From the NCBI GenBank assembly GCA_964347325.1, contig CAYFYA010000004.1, positions 2,383 to 66,382 of the forward strand: DNA of 64,000 nt. The letters run 5' to 3'. The translations under genes were made by a program, and so were the position numbers. The stretch is from an uncultured Methanomassiliicoccales archaeon. Its GTDB lineage: Archaea > Thermoplasmatota > Thermoplasmata > RBG-16-68-12 > JAJISG01. Below, piece after piece: positions 1 to 9,584 of the stretch; within the stretch, counting starts at the first letter, position 1, and every line of letters begins with the position of its first letter. Under the pieces are notes generated by a model. That model was not told where the DNA came from and did not search any database. It saw only the letters and a program-made list of their open reading frames with translations.

Positions 1-1644
1 GTTGTTGGAGGCGACATTCAGGTCGAAGCTTCCCGGATAGGAGGTCGTGTAGGATGGCGTGCTGGAGAAGTAGACCCCTGTATCCATCCACGCCATGTCT
101 GTGTTCTCGAAGGTGCTGCCGGTGATGTCGATATCGACGGTCCGGAAGCCGCTGATGGAGGAGCTGAAGTAGACGGCGTAGTCGTCGAGGTTCTCCGCGG
201 TGTTCCCATCCACTAGGAGGACGAAACTCGCGGGCAAGGACCAGTCATCGAACCGGAACTGCGGGAGGTAGACTCCGTAGTCCAGGGTCGTGAAGGTCCG
301 GGTGTTCCGGAAGACGTTACCGCTTATGCTCACGCTGACGTCCTTGAACCCATCGGTCGATGATGCGGCGATGTAGAAGGCTGCCACGTCCAGGTCGATG
401 ACGGTGTTGCCCTCGACGGCCAGAACGTACTGGCTGTCCTCGGTGTCCAACCCGTAGTAGGGGGCCCAGAAAGTGTAGACCCCGTAGTCCATAATGACGG
501 AGTCTGTGTTCTGGAACAGGTTGTCGGAGACGGTCAGGGTGACGTTCCTAATGTCCCACACCTGGTCGAAGTAGACACCCGTCGAAACGAGGTCGGTGAA
601 CTCGTTCCCGGTGACCTGGAGGGTGAACCTCTGATCGGCACTGGAGAATCCCCAGAAGTCGTCGAGGTAGACACCATACGACCTACCCCCGAGGCCAATG
701 AAGGTGTTCCCGCTAATCTCCAGCGCGGTCTCCTGGAAGTAGTAGACATCGAAGGGCATGTAGACGCCGTAGGAGTCGAAGCTGCTGTTCAGCCAGTTGT
801 CGTTGAAGGTGAATCTAAAGGTGTTCCCCTCGTCCAGATCTCCGAGGTTCGTGCCCGAGAAATAGACGGCCCGGTTGGAGGCGTTGAAGGTGCTGGACTC
901 CACGGTGAGGTCGAAGTCCGCCAGCTGGAGGGAACCGAACAGGACGGCGGCCGACCCGTAGCTGGAGAAGTCGCATCCCGAGATCTGAAGGGTGAGGCTC
1001 GTGTCGATCATCGAGGAGAAGTACATTCCGTAGGAGCCAACGTTGGCGATGGTGCACCCCGTGAACGAGAGGTCGTAGGAGGCGACGGCGGAGCTGGAGA
1101 CGTAGACGCCGTAGAGCGTGATGTCGGTGATCTGAGCGTTGCTGACGGGGACGGAGACGCCGTTGAAGGTCACCCCGACCCAGGCGTATTCGATGATGAC
1201 GTCATCCAGGATGGAGTTGCCCAGATCGCCGTTGAAGATCAACCCGTCCCAGGCACCTGGAAAGGGATCTGTGAAGTTGGATGTGAATCGAATCACCCCC
1301 GCTCCCGCGGCGTCGCCGTCCGCCACCAGAGCGCCATCGAAGACCGTGATGTCGTAGAAGCCGTTGAAGCGCACCTCCACCCCTGGATCGATGGTGAGGG
1401 TCGCGCCGCTCGTGATAGTTATGTCTCCTTCCACCCAGATGGGGCTCATGGCCTGGGTCCACGTCGTGTTCGCGGTTATTAAACCGGAGACTGGTGTGTC
1501 GGCCACGGCGGGACCGCTCGCCAGGGAGAACAGTACCAATACGCCCATCAGGCCTAGGCCCAGGATGGCGAGCTTTCTAAGCGATTTCCGAAGAAGGACT
1601 TCAGTCAACCGTACGGGCTCATAATCAACAGTGGATCGAGCCAT
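1..1644 (-). CDS. Secreted or membrane-anchored right-handed beta-helix repeat protein, N-terminal 548 codons only (ORF runs off the left edge; absent from the supplied ORF track)
   Basis: The minus-strand frame starting at ATG 1644-1642 has an in-frame TAG just upstream at 1647-1645. I checked it triplet by triplet and found no stop down to base 1. The N-terminus MARSTVDYEPVRLTEVLLRKSLRKLAILGLGLMGVLVLFSLASGPAVA is signal-peptide or anchor like. The body is degenerate repeats rich in GVY, NxS/T sequons and G-N-x-F motifs (e.g. ISGNTFIG, VTGNEFTD, VEGNTVID, ISGNVFRN, VDGNTAEN). Confidence 0.75.
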   Translation of the reverse strand, partial: MARSTVDYEPVRLTEVLLRKSLRKLAILGLGLMGVLVLFSLASGPAVADTPVSGLITANTTWTQAMSPIWVEGDITITSGATLTIDPGVEVRFNGFYDITVFDGALVADGDAAGAGVIRFTSNFTDPFPGAWDGLIFNGDLGNSILDDVIIEYAWVGVTFNGVSVPVSNAQITDITLYGVYVSSSAVASYDLSFTGCTIANVGSYGMYFSSMIDTSLTLQISGCDFSSYGSAAVLFGSLQLADFDLTVESSTFNASNRAVYFSGTNLGDLDEGNTFRFTFNDNWLNSSFDSYGVYMPFDVYYFQETALEISGNTFIGLGGRSYGVYLDDFWGFSSADQRFTLQVTGNEFTDLVSTGVYFDQVWDIRNVTLTVSDNLFQNTDSVIMDYGVYTFWAPYYGLDTEDSQYVLAVEGNTVIDLDVAAFYIAASSTDGFKDVSVSISGNVFRNTRTFTTLDYGVYLPQFRFDDWSLPASFVLLVDGNTAENLDDYAVYFSSSISGFRTVDIDITGSTFENTDMAWMDTGVYFSSTPSYTTSYPGSFDLNVASNN

Positions 1645-1812
1645 CTACTTCCCTCAGGAGCTTTCATTCCGGCACTTTTGGTGCCGAGTTACCTCTGCTG
1701 GCGGAATGTCCCTTATTTCTGGATTTCGGGGTGATTACCAAACTCGAGAAAGACGTCCTTTGCACCGTGCGGGTTCATCGACCTCCTGGGCATGAGGGAG
1801 AGTGAGGAACGA

Positions 1813-1887
1813 TGGGGCCGCCCAGATTTGAACTGGAGTCTCCAGCTCCCGAAGCTGGAAGGATCGACCAAGCTACCCTACGGCCCC
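1813..1887 (-). tRNA. tRNA-Pro (anticodon CGG), no intron
   Basis: The reverse complement reads GGGGCCG-TA-...-CCAGC-TTCGGGA-GCTGG-...-TCCAG-TTCAAAT-CTGGG-CGGCCCC-A. The cloverleaf is complete with a 7-nt anticodon loop carrying CGG. Confidence 0.9.
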
Positions 1888-1914
1888 GGTCCCAGGCTCT
1901 ATTCTAGGCGGGGG

Positions 1915-1922
1915 CTAAAAGG
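1915..1922 (-). promoter_or_regulatory. TATA-like box (CCTTTTAG on minus strand) about 30 nt upstream of tRNA-Pro
   Basis: AT-rich octamer in GC-rich DNA at about -31 from the tRNA 5' end. All five tRNA genes in the window show the same spacing. Confidence 0.45.
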
Positions 1923-2063
1923 CTTCCATCCCATTTGGAGACCGGGTGGATTGGGTGAGGCGTGGCCTGAGAGGCACCTGCCCATCCCCGCAGTGAGGGT
2001 GACGATTACTGCGCAAAGGCCATATGTCGCATCTTCGATGTATCCCCGAAGTCGCTTGGGCTG

Positions 2064-2504
2064 GTGGGAATGAGTCTTTCGATCTTGCCGAGGGTCCTTG
2101 TATACACGGACGGGGCTTCCAGGGGAAACCCCGGCCCCGCCGCCATCGGCATCGTCTTCTGCGACCAATACGAAAAGGTCCTGGCCGAGCACAGGCAGAC
2201 CATAGGGCGGGCCACCAACAACGAGGCGGAGTACAGGGCGGTGATCCGAGGCTTGGAGCTAGCCACCCGCTACACACGGCAGGAGGTAGAGTGCTACATG
2301 GATAGCCAGCTGGTCTTCTCTCAGCTGACCGGCGCCTTCAGGACCAAGGAGCCTAGGATGGCGAGGCTGGCGGACACCGTCCGTCGCAGCGCAGAGAAGT
2401 ACTCCAAAGTTACGTACCGCCAGGTCTCCAGAGGGCACAGGAAGATCCGCAGGGCCGACGAGCTGGCCAACCTAGCCCTCAACGAGAGGTATGGCCGCGG
2501 GTGA
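2064..2504 (+). CDS. rnhA: Ribonuclease HI
   Basis: Motifs VYTDGASRGNPGPAAIG, NNEAEYRAVI, DSQLVFSQ and ADELANLA match the RNase H1 DEDD catalytic pattern. Size is about 146 aa. Confidence 0.85.
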   Translation: MGMSLSILPRVLVYTDGASRGNPGPAAIGIVFCDQYEKVLAEHRQTIGRATNNEAEYRAVIRGLELATRYTRQEVECYMDSQLVFSQLTGAFRTKEPRMARLADTVRRSAEKYSKVTYRQVSRGHRKIRRADELANLALNERYGRG

Positions 2505-2568
2505 TTTCGCGGATTGACGATATCCACTTCGACAAGTTTAAGTAAACCTCCGGTCTTGGCGCCAGGGA

Positions 2569-3282
2569 ATGGAGACTTCTCTCCCGGAGAAGATTGCTGG
2601 CGAGATAACACTCTCCGATAGTCCAGGGAGAACCCTGCGGAAGTGGCGAGAAGAGCTCAAGATATCCCAGAAGGAGCTAGCAACCTTCCTCAAGATGTCC
2701 CCCTCCGTCGTGAGTGACTACGAGTCGGGTCGCCGGAGGTCCCCGGGGATTAGGACCGTAAGGAGGATGGTGGAGGCCCTGCTGGAGATAGACCGCAGAT
2801 CGGGGCGAGGTCTGACCAAGAAGTACGTGGTGAACCTCCACGAGGCCATCCCCAGCATGGGGGAGTTCCTGGAACCCGTCCCGGCATCGGAGTTTGTGGC
2901 CGTCATCGAGGGAAAGGGCCTTACCCCGACCGACCCTGGCCGGCGCCCTATCCACGGCTACACGGTCATAGACAGCCTCAAGGCCATCGCCACTCTGGAC
3001 GCTAGCGACTACCCCAGGGTGTACGGGTGGAGCAGCGAGAGGGCACTCCTCTTCACGGGGGTGAAGTACGGGCGTTCTCCCATGGTGGCCGTTAGGACCC
3101 ATTTCCTGAAGCCCGCTATGGTGGTGTACGTGCAGCCTGCCAATGTGGACGAGCTCGCGCTGAAGCTTGCCCAGATCGAGAACGTCATTCTGGTGGCCAC
3201 CTACATGGAGCCCCAAAAGCTTATGGAGAGATTGGAGAACTTAACGCGTAAGGTCAGGGCTTCCCACGTCGGAAGCAGGTGA
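2569..3282 (+). CDS. XRE-type helix-turn-helix transcriptional regulator with a C-terminal uncharacterised domain
   Basis: The N-terminal [34 protein letters not shown] is a classic Cro/C1 HTH. The ORF fills the interval and ends 4 nt before the next gene. Confidence 0.7.
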   Translation: METSLPEKIAGEITLSDSPGRTLRKWREELKISQKELATFLKMSPSVVSDYESGRRRSPGIRTVRRMVEALLEIDRRSGRGLTKKYVVNLHEAIPSMGEFLEPVPASEFVAVIEGKGLTPTDPGRRPIHGYTVIDSLKAIATLDASDYPRVYGWSSERALLFTGVKYGRSPMVAVRTHFLKPAMVVYVQPANVDELALKLAQIENVILVATYMEPQKLMERLENLTRKVRASHVGSR

Positions 3283-3286
3283 CATC

Positions 3287-4342
3287 ATGACAGCAGGAAT
3301 AGTGAGCTACGGGGGGTACGTGCCCCGCTACCGCATAGCGCCCGAGGAAATAGCCCGGGTATGGGGTGCCGATGGCAAGGCCATCGCCCGCAACCTAGCC
3401 ATCAACTCCAAGAGCGTTCCGGGACCCGATGAGGATGTCATAACCATCAGCGTGGAGGCCGCTAGGGAGGCCATGAACAAGGTGAAGATCAACCCCAAGG
3501 AGATTGGAGCCGTGTACGTGGGTTCCGAGAGCCACCCCTACGCCGTGAAGCCAACAGCAACCATCGTCGCGGAGGCCATCGGCTCCGCGCCTGATCTCAC
3601 GGCCGCCGACTACGAGTTTGCATGTAAGGCGGGTACCGCCGCCATCCAGACCTGCATGGGCCTCGTGTCCTCGGGGATGATGAAGTACGGGATGGCCATC
3701 GGCTCCGACACGTCTCAGGGAGCGCCCGGCGACGCCTTGGAGTACTCCGCTTCCGCAGGCGGGGCCGCCTTCGTCATCGGCACGGAGAACACCATCGCCA
3801 CCATCGACCACACGAACTCCTTCACGACGGACACGCCCGACTTCTGGCGTCGGGAGGGGCAGCAGTACCCCAGCCACGGAGGGCGCTTCACCGGAGAGCC
3901 TGCCTACTTCAAACACGTCCTACGGTGTGGACAGAAAATCTTTGAGCAGATGGAGACGGAGGCTTCCGACTATGACTACGCCGTATTCCACCAGCCCAAC
4001 GGGAAGTTCCCTGCCAAGGCGGCCAAGATGTTGGGATTCGGCCCTGAACAGGTGAAGACCGGCATGCTGGTAACCGAGATCGGCAACACGTACTCTGGTG
4101 CCGTCCTGCTGGGCCTCTGCGCCATCCTGGACGAGGCCAAGGTGGGGCAGCGCATATTCATGGTCGGCTACGGCTCAGGCGCAGGCTCCGACGGCTTCGA
4201 TCTCACCGTGACCGACGCCATCGAGAGCATACCGCGCCAACCCTCTACCCACCTCTGGAACACCATTGCCGGAGGGACTTCCCTCGACTACGCCACGTAT
4301 GCAAGGTATCGTGGCAAGATCATCCTCAGGTCGGGTGGTTGA
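3287..4342 (+). CDS. Hydroxymethylglutaryl-CoA synthase (archaeal mevalonate pathway)
   Basis: N-terminus [14 protein letters not shown], active-site region YEFACKAGT and a GYGSGAGS tail. It is followed directly by thiolase and a DUF35 gene. Confidence 0.9.
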   Translation: MTAGIVSYGGYVPRYRIAPEEIARVWGADGKAIARNLAINSKSVPGPDEDVITISVEAAREAMNKVKINPKEIGAVYVGSESHPYAVKPTATIVAEAIGSAPDLTAADYEFACKAGTAAIQTCMGLVSSGMMKYGMAIGSDTSQGAPGDALEYSASAGGAAFVIGTENTIATIDHTNSFTTDTPDFWRREGQQYPSHGGRFTGEPAYFKHVLRCGQKIFEQMETEASDYDYAVFHQPNGKFPAKAAKMLGFGPEQVKTGMLVTEIGNTYSGAVLLGLCAILDEAKVGQRIFMVGYGSGAGSDGFDLTVTDAIESIPRQPSTHLWNTIAGGTSLDYATYARYRGKIILRSGG

Positions 4343-4343
4343 G

Positions 4344-5513
4344 ATGCGAGAAGTCGCCATCATAGGCATTGGGGATACCCAGTTCGGGGAGCTGTGGGAT
4401 CGCTCCTTCCGGGACCTGGGAATCGAAGCCGGATTGAAGGCTCTTGAGGACGCTGGGGTTGGAGCGGAGGACATCGACGCCCTCTACGTCGGCAACATGT
4501 CTGCTGGGAAGTTCATCGACCAGGAGCATATCTCCGCCGTAGTCGCCGACTACGCGGGCCTGGCGGACCAACATCCCCCGACCTTCCGTGTGGAGGGTGG
4601 AGGGGCCTGTGGGGGCCTCGCCCTGACCTGCGGGTTCACCGCCGTCGCCTCCGGTCTCTACGACGTGGTGGTCGTCGGTGGTGCAGAGAAGATGACGGAC
4701 GTCGGCGACGATGAGGCCAAGCGCATTCTCTCCTCCACAGCGGACCAGGAGTGGGAGACTGTCTTCGGCGCGTCGTACGCTTCTTTGTATGCCATGGTCG
4801 CCCGCCGCCACATGCATGAGTACGGTACGACGCGGGAGCAGATGGCGGCTGTGGCCGTGAAGAACCACCAGAACGGGTCGAAGAACCCCAATGCCCAGTT
4901 CCGACGGGCGATCAGCATGAAGGCCGTGTTGGGATCTCCCTGGGTGGCAGAGCCCTTGGGTATGCTTGATTGTGCGCCGCTGTCCGACGGGGCAGCCTCC
5001 CTGGTTCTCTGCCCCCTAGAGAAAGCCAGGAAGTTCACCGACACCCCCGTCAGGATCGCGGGCATAGGCGTTGCCAGCGACACGATCGCCCTCCACGACC
5101 GCCGCAGCCTGACCACCATGGACTCCACGGTGATCGCGGGGAAGCGGGCTCTTCACATGGCCAAGACCACGCCCGCGGATATCCAGCTGGCTGAGGTGCA
5201 CGACAACTACACCATCTCTGAGATCCTGGCCATCGAGGACCTGCGATTGGTGAAGAAGGGCAAGGGCGGCCCGGCGACAGAGGAGGGTGTGACCGCCCTG
5301 AACTCCAAGGTCTCCGTGAACCCCTCGGGAGGGTTGAAGGCTCGCGGTCAGCCCGTGGGCGCCACGGGTATCGCTCAGGCCGTCGAGGTGACGCGTCAGC
5401 TCAGGGGTGAAGCAGGGGACCGACAGGTCAACGGGGCCGAGCTCGGGTTGACGCACGTGATGGGAGGTTCGGGGGCCACTGCCGTCGTCCACATCCTCAG
5501 GAGGGAGAACTGA
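4344..5513 (+). CDS. Acetyl-CoA C-acetyltransferase (archaeal thiolase)
   Basis: MREVAIIGIGDTQFG start, 1 nt after the stop of the upstream gene, plus thiolase-like GGGACGG and NPSGGLKARGQPVGATG motifs. The track ORF start at 4266 looks like an upstream extension. Confidence 0.88.
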   Translation: MREVAIIGIGDTQFGELWDRSFRDLGIEAGLKALEDAGVGAEDIDALYVGNMSAGKFIDQEHISAVVADYAGLADQHPPTFRVEGGGACGGLALTCGFTAVASGLYDVVVVGGAEKMTDVGDDEAKRILSSTADQEWETVFGASYASLYAMVARRHMHEYGTTREQMAAVAVKNHQNGSKNPNAQFRRAISMKAVLGSPWVAEPLGMLDCAPLSDGAASLVLCPLEKARKFTDTPVRIAGIGVASDTIALHDRRSLTTMDSTVIAGKRALHMAKTTPADIQLAEVHDNYTISEILAIEDLRLVKKGKGGPATEEGVTALNSKVSVNPSGGLKARGQPVGATGIAQAVEVTRQLRGEAGDRQVNGAELGLTHVMGGSGATAVVHILRREN

Positions 5514-5921
5514 ATGGCAATTCCTCGATTCTGGCGGGAGATCAACAGCAGGTACAACCTCATCGGTACCAAGTGCGGTAGCTGTGGGGACATCGACTTC
5601 CCGTCGAGGACCGTCTGCGCCAAGTGCGGACGCAAGAGCATTGGCAAGATGGAGAGGCTTCCCCTCTCCGGCCACGGAACTGTGGTGTCCTACACCGTAG
5701 TCCATGATGCACCGAAGGGCTTTGAGACGACCACACCCTACGTGTTGGCTATCGTGGAGCTAGAGGAGGGCGCTCGTCTGACTGCCCAGATCATCGACTG
5801 TGCTCCCGACGAAATCGGCATCGGAATGCCCGTGAGTTCCACCTTCCGCAGGCTCGGACAGGAGGGCCAATCCGGGATACTGTACTACGGCTACAAGTTC
5901 AGACCCGTACGGGGCTCCTGA
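5514..5921 (+). CDS. DUF35 OB-fold/zinc-ribbon protein (thiolase/HMG-CoA synthase scaffold subunit)
   Basis: Zinc ribbon CGSCGDIDFPSRTVCAKCG followed by an OB-like segment. It abuts the thiolase stop. Confidence 0.85.
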   Translation: MAIPRFWREINSRYNLIGTKCGSCGDIDFPSRTVCAKCGRKSIGKMERLPLSGHGTVVSYTVVHDAPKGFETTTPYVLAIVELEEGARLTAQIIDCAPDEIGIGMPVSSTFRRLGQEGQSGILYYGYKFRPVRGS

Positions 5922-6019
5922 CTCTGGACCGCCAAGGTTCATAGGCAAGGGTTCTGTCCAGGCGCATAACAAGCAAACGGTCCCGTCGGAGGCCGGCGGG
6001 CCAGATCAGATGGATCTCC

Positions 6020-7159
6020 ATGGACAGGACCTTGGTGAGGCCCGTCATCATCCAGTTCCTCGCGGGAGCGGCCGCCTTTTCGGCGATAGTGTTCCTTCCC
6101 AACTACGCTGGGCACGTCCTAGGCGCTTCCGACTTCCAGATTGGGATCATCATCTTCGCCTTCGCCTTGAGCGCCTTCTGGGCCTCGTACCTCTTCGGGC
6201 GGTTGGCGGACACCAGGGGCCGGCGCGGCGTCCTGAGAGCCGGCTTGGGTCTCGCCGCGTTGGCCAGCCTGACGCAGATCGTGGCCCCCGACCCCTGGAC
6301 TCTTGCCCTGAGCAGGGCCCTCATTGGCATCACCTTCGGGATGTTCCCCGCCGCCCTGCTGGCCTACGCCCACGAGAGGGAGCTGCCCATGGGTCGCTTT
6401 GTCTCCTTCGGGGCGCTGGGCTGGGGAATCGGGTCCTTATTGGCAGGTATCGTCGCCAGCCTCCCCGATTCAGAGGCCCTGGGAGTGCGCATGGTCTTCG
6501 CCCTGTCTGCGGCCCTCTTCGCGGTCTCCTACCTGCTGGTCCTCCGGATGCCATTCCCCCGGCACGTCCCCCTTCGAGTGCCCCTCTTCCCTCTCGACGT
6601 CATCAGGCGCAACCTTCCTGTCTATGCCTCGATGCTCATCCGCCACACGGGCGCGAACATGATCTGGGTCATCTTCCCAATCTACTTGGAGGACAGCCTC
6701 CTGATACCAAAGTCTCTCATCGGAGTGCTGTTCCTCACCAACACCTTCACCCAGTTTCTCTTCATGATGGTCATCGACCGCTTCCGCAGCGAGAGGCTGA
6801 TGGCGGCGGGTCTCATCGGCGCCTCCCTCACATTCTTCCTCTTCACCCTGGCCCGTGACTTCTGGGAGATGCTACCTATCCAGGTGCTCCTGGGATTCTC
6901 GTGGTCGAGCCTCTACGTAGGTGGCCTGAAGTTCGTGATGAGGGAGAGCGCCGAGAGGGCGACCTCCGCCGGTCTCCTTGGTTCAGCTCTAAACCTCTCA
7001 CAAGCACTCGGACCGCTGCTGGGAGGAATCATCGCCGTCGCCGCTGGCAGGTTGGGAGTGATGTACGCAGCCTCTGCCATGGCCCTGGTCGCCTTCGCGG
7101 TGTTCCTAGCAACGTCCCGTGGTTCGCGGCGCGCCCCCGCTCCGGTCGCGAGCGCCTAA
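6020..7159 (+). CDS. MFS-type transporter
   Basis: About 12 hydrophobic segments and the MFS-like loop motif GRLADTRGRRGVL after TM2. Confidence 0.75.
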   Translation: MDRTLVRPVIIQFLAGAAAFSAIVFLPNYAGHVLGASDFQIGIIIFAFALSAFWASYLFGRLADTRGRRGVLRAGLGLAALASLTQIVAPDPWTLALSRALIGITFGMFPAALLAYAHERELPMGRFVSFGALGWGIGSLLAGIVASLPDSEALGVRMVFALSAALFAVSYLLVLRMPFPRHVPLRVPLFPLDVIRRNLPVYASMLIRHTGANMIWVIFPIYLEDSLLIPKSLIGVLFLTNTFTQFLFMMVIDRFRSERLMAAGLIGASLTFFLFTLARDFWEMLPIQVLLGFSWSSLYVGGLKFVMRESAERATSAGLLGSALNLSQALGPLLGGIIAVAAGRLGVMYAASAMALVAFAVFLATSRGSRRAPAPVASA

Positions 7160-7229
7160 CACCCCTAACCTCCAGGTCCGGACGACGAAAAGGTTGTATA
7201 CCTACTCGAGGTAGTGAGGCAGGACAACT

Positions 7230-7526
7230 ATGGAACTGCGCGTGCTAGAGGAGAAGAAGAAGTCCCTGAAGCTGGAGGTGGTCAACCCTGACGACACAAT
7301 CATCTACCCCCTCATCAGCCGCCTCCTGATGGACGATGACGTGACGGATGCCAGGTACATCACGGGCCACCCTCTCCTGGACAAGCCCTCAATCCTGGTC
7401 AAGGTGAAGCAAGGGCCCCCCAAGGAGGTAATGAAGAAGGCGGCACGAGCCCTGGCTACCAGCTACAAGTCGCTCCAGAAGAAGGTAGAGGAGGCGCCAG
7501 AGACGCCTCGGTCCACCCGGCAGTAG
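7230..7526 (+). CDS. rpoL: DNA-directed RNA polymerase subunit L (Rpo11)
   Basis: 98 aa. MELRVLEEKKKSLKLEVVNPDDTIIYPLISRLLMDDDV...ITGHPLLDKPSILVKV is the typical RpoL pattern. Confidence 0.85.
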   Translation: MELRVLEEKKKSLKLEVVNPDDTIIYPLISRLLMDDDVTDARYITGHPLLDKPSILVKVKQGPPKEVMKKAARALATSYKSLQKKVEEAPETPRSTRQ

Positions 7527-7619
7527 ATCGCGGTCACGACCTTAACAATCTCCCTGGCACTGGCCGGGAAGCCCGTTATGGATGCTGCTATCCTCCCCGA
7601 AGGACGCTCGGGAGGGAAG

Positions 7620-8891
7620 ATGGAGGAGAAGGTAGGAATCGAGGGTTATCTCACCAGCAGCCCAGGCATCGAGGGTCGTCTCAAGGCGATGGCCGAGGAC
7701 TTCAGGGTGGAGGAGGTCCCGATGGACCTTCCCCTTGCGGAGGACGGCTCCTATCTTCTGGCAGAGGTCACAACCAGGCTATGGGAGACCAACCGACTGG
7801 TAAGGGAGTTGTCCAGAACCCTCCGAATCAGCCGGCGGCGGATCGGCTTTGCGGGGACCAAGGACAAAAGGGCGGTGACGAGCCAGCGCATGACGTTCTT
7901 CGACGTCTCTTCAGAGGATCTCGAGAGGGTGAGGCTCAAGGACGTAGAGATTAGGCCGCTTTACAGGACCAGTCGGTCCCTTGCACTCGGGGACCTCCTG
8001 GGCAATCGTTTCACCGTGCGCGTCAGAGACGTACCCGTGAGAAAAGAGACTTCGTCTCGTCTGGAGGACCTCATGGGCGAGCTCAAGGAGGATGGCGGGT
8101 TCCCCAACTTCTTCGGTCCTCAGAGATTCGGAGAGGTCCGACCCATAACCCACCTGGTGGGCCGCGCCATCGTGAGGGGGGACTTCGAGGGCGCTGTGGT
8201 GATGTACCTTGGCAATCCGCAGTCGGGAGAGGCGGAAGATGTCTTCGAGGCGAGGAAGGCCTTCCAAGAGAGCGGGGACGTCGTCAGGGCCCTGAGGGAG
8301 TTCCCGAAGCGCCTGGGCTTCGAGCACGCCATCCTCAACCACCTGAGGAAGCGACCTAGCGACTTCAAGGGCGGGCTGTCCCAGCTGCCCTTTAACCTCC
8401 TCACGCTCTTCGTCAACGCCTACCAGGCCTTCCTGTTCAACAAGATCCTGAGCCTCAGGCTGCGACGCATCGGTCTCCTGGAGCCCCTCGCCGGGGACCT
8501 GGTACTCCCGATGGATAGGAACGGTCTGCCGCGTCGGGACGCACCGGTGAGGGTAAGTCAATCGAACCTGTCGAAGGTGCGGGACAACGTGGCCGCGGGA
8601 AAGGCTTGGATAAGCGGCTTGATCATGGGCTATGAGGCTCCGATGGCGGAAGGAGAGATGGGCAAGCTAGAACTACAGGTAGTCAACGAGGAGGGGGTGA
8701 GTCCCAGGGACTTCGTAATACTGGAGATGCCCCAACTCACCTCCCGTGGACAGCGTCGGGAGCTCGTGGCGCCAGTGATGGAGATGTCCTACGAGCTCGA
8801 CGAAGATGTTCGCCTCTCTTTCAGACTCAATCCTGGATGCTACGCCACCGCCTTTCTGCGGGAGATAACCAAGGGCGGCAGTTCTTATTAG
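7620..8891 (+). CDS. truD: tRNA pseudouridine synthase TruD
   Basis: Catalytic motif FAGTKDKRAVTSQ plus FPNFFGPQRFG. The ATG at 7620 follows GGGAGGGA. An alternative upstream ATG lies at 7578. Confidence 0.85.
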   Translation: MEEKVGIEGYLTSSPGIEGRLKAMAEDFRVEEVPMDLPLAEDGSYLLAEVTTRLWETNRLVRELSRTLRISRRRIGFAGTKDKRAVTSQRMTFFDVSSEDLERVRLKDVEIRPLYRTSRSLALGDLLGNRFTVRVRDVPVRKETSSRLEDLMGELKEDGGFPNFFGPQRFGEVRPITHLVGRAIVRGDFEGAVVMYLGNPQSGEAEDVFEARKAFQESGDVVRALREFPKRLGFEHAILNHLRKRPSDFKGGLSQLPFNLLTLFVNAYQAFLFNKILSLRLRRIGLLEPLAGDLVLPMDRNGLPRRDAPVRVSQSNLSKVRDNVAAGKAWISGLIMGYEAPMAEGEMGKLELQVVNEEGVSPRDFVILEMPQLTSRGQRRELVAPVMEMSYELDEDVRLSFRLNPGCYATAFLREITKGGSSY

Positions 8892-8912
8892 GGGAGGCTG
8901 GTATGCCCCCGC

Positions 8913-9125
8913 ATGGCTGCCAGGCGTGGCAAGGCTCAGACGACCTGCACCGTCCTTGAGTGCACCAACGAGTCAAAGCGGTCCCTGTCGCGCCGCAAGG
9001 TCGAGAAGGCACTCGCTGAACTCAGCCTCGAAGAAGGTCGGCGGGCCTACCTCTGCAAGGAGCACTACAAGCAGTACAAGAAGGCCACCAAGGACGAGAG
9101 GACCATAGACCGGCTGACCTGGTAG
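8913..9125 (+). CDS. Small conserved-looking Cys/His protein (hypothetical)
   Basis: 70 aa with CTVLEC...CKEH spacing that suggests a zinc knuckle. It fills the gap between neighbouring genes. Confidence 0.5.
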   Translation: MAARRGKAQTTCTVLECTNESKRSLSRRKVEKALAELSLEEGRRAYLCKEHYKQYKKATKDERTIDRLTW

Positions 9126-9131
9126 TGAGCG

Positions 9132-9584
9132 CTACTCCCGGTGAATCGTCAGCTCTTTCAGCTCGGTCCTGGGATTGAACTCCCTAGTGAGACGAACCCC
9201 CTCTAGGCGTGCGACAGAAACCTCCGCCAATACCGCCACTCTCGCTTCGAAGAGGTGTCCTCCTACCACGGCGTTGCTCTCATCGGCCAAAGAGGCGTGG
9301 AGGTGGATCTGCGGTTCCGACTCCAACGTGACGGTGCCCTGGAGGGAGACCAGCTCGTGGCTAGCCGCGTAGCGGTTGCGGATATACTCACGGGCTTCAG
9401 GGTCGAACCACCCCAGCTCGAACTCCGCGAGGGCACCGATGCCGCCGAGGATGATGCCTGAGGTCGCGCCTACCTCCCCGAGGCCCTCCACCAGGGTAGG
9501 CAGAAAGTCCTCACCCCGATCGAGCTTCACGACCACCGTTGCCCCGTCCATCCCCGCTTTCACACGAACCCTCCTCAGAACCAC
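9132..9584 (-). CDS. PPC (DUF296) domain protein
   Basis: 150 aa beta-rich protein with GIILGGIGALAEFELGWFD and HLHASLAD segments typical of PPC/DUF296. Confidence 0.6.
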   Translation of the reverse strand: MVLRRVRVKAGMDGATVVVKLDRGEDFLPTLVEGLGEVGATSGIILGGIGALAEFELGWFDPEAREYIRNRYAASHELVSLQGTVTLESEPQIHLHASLADESNAVVGGHLFEARVAVLAEVSVARLEGVRLTREFNPRTELKELTIHRE

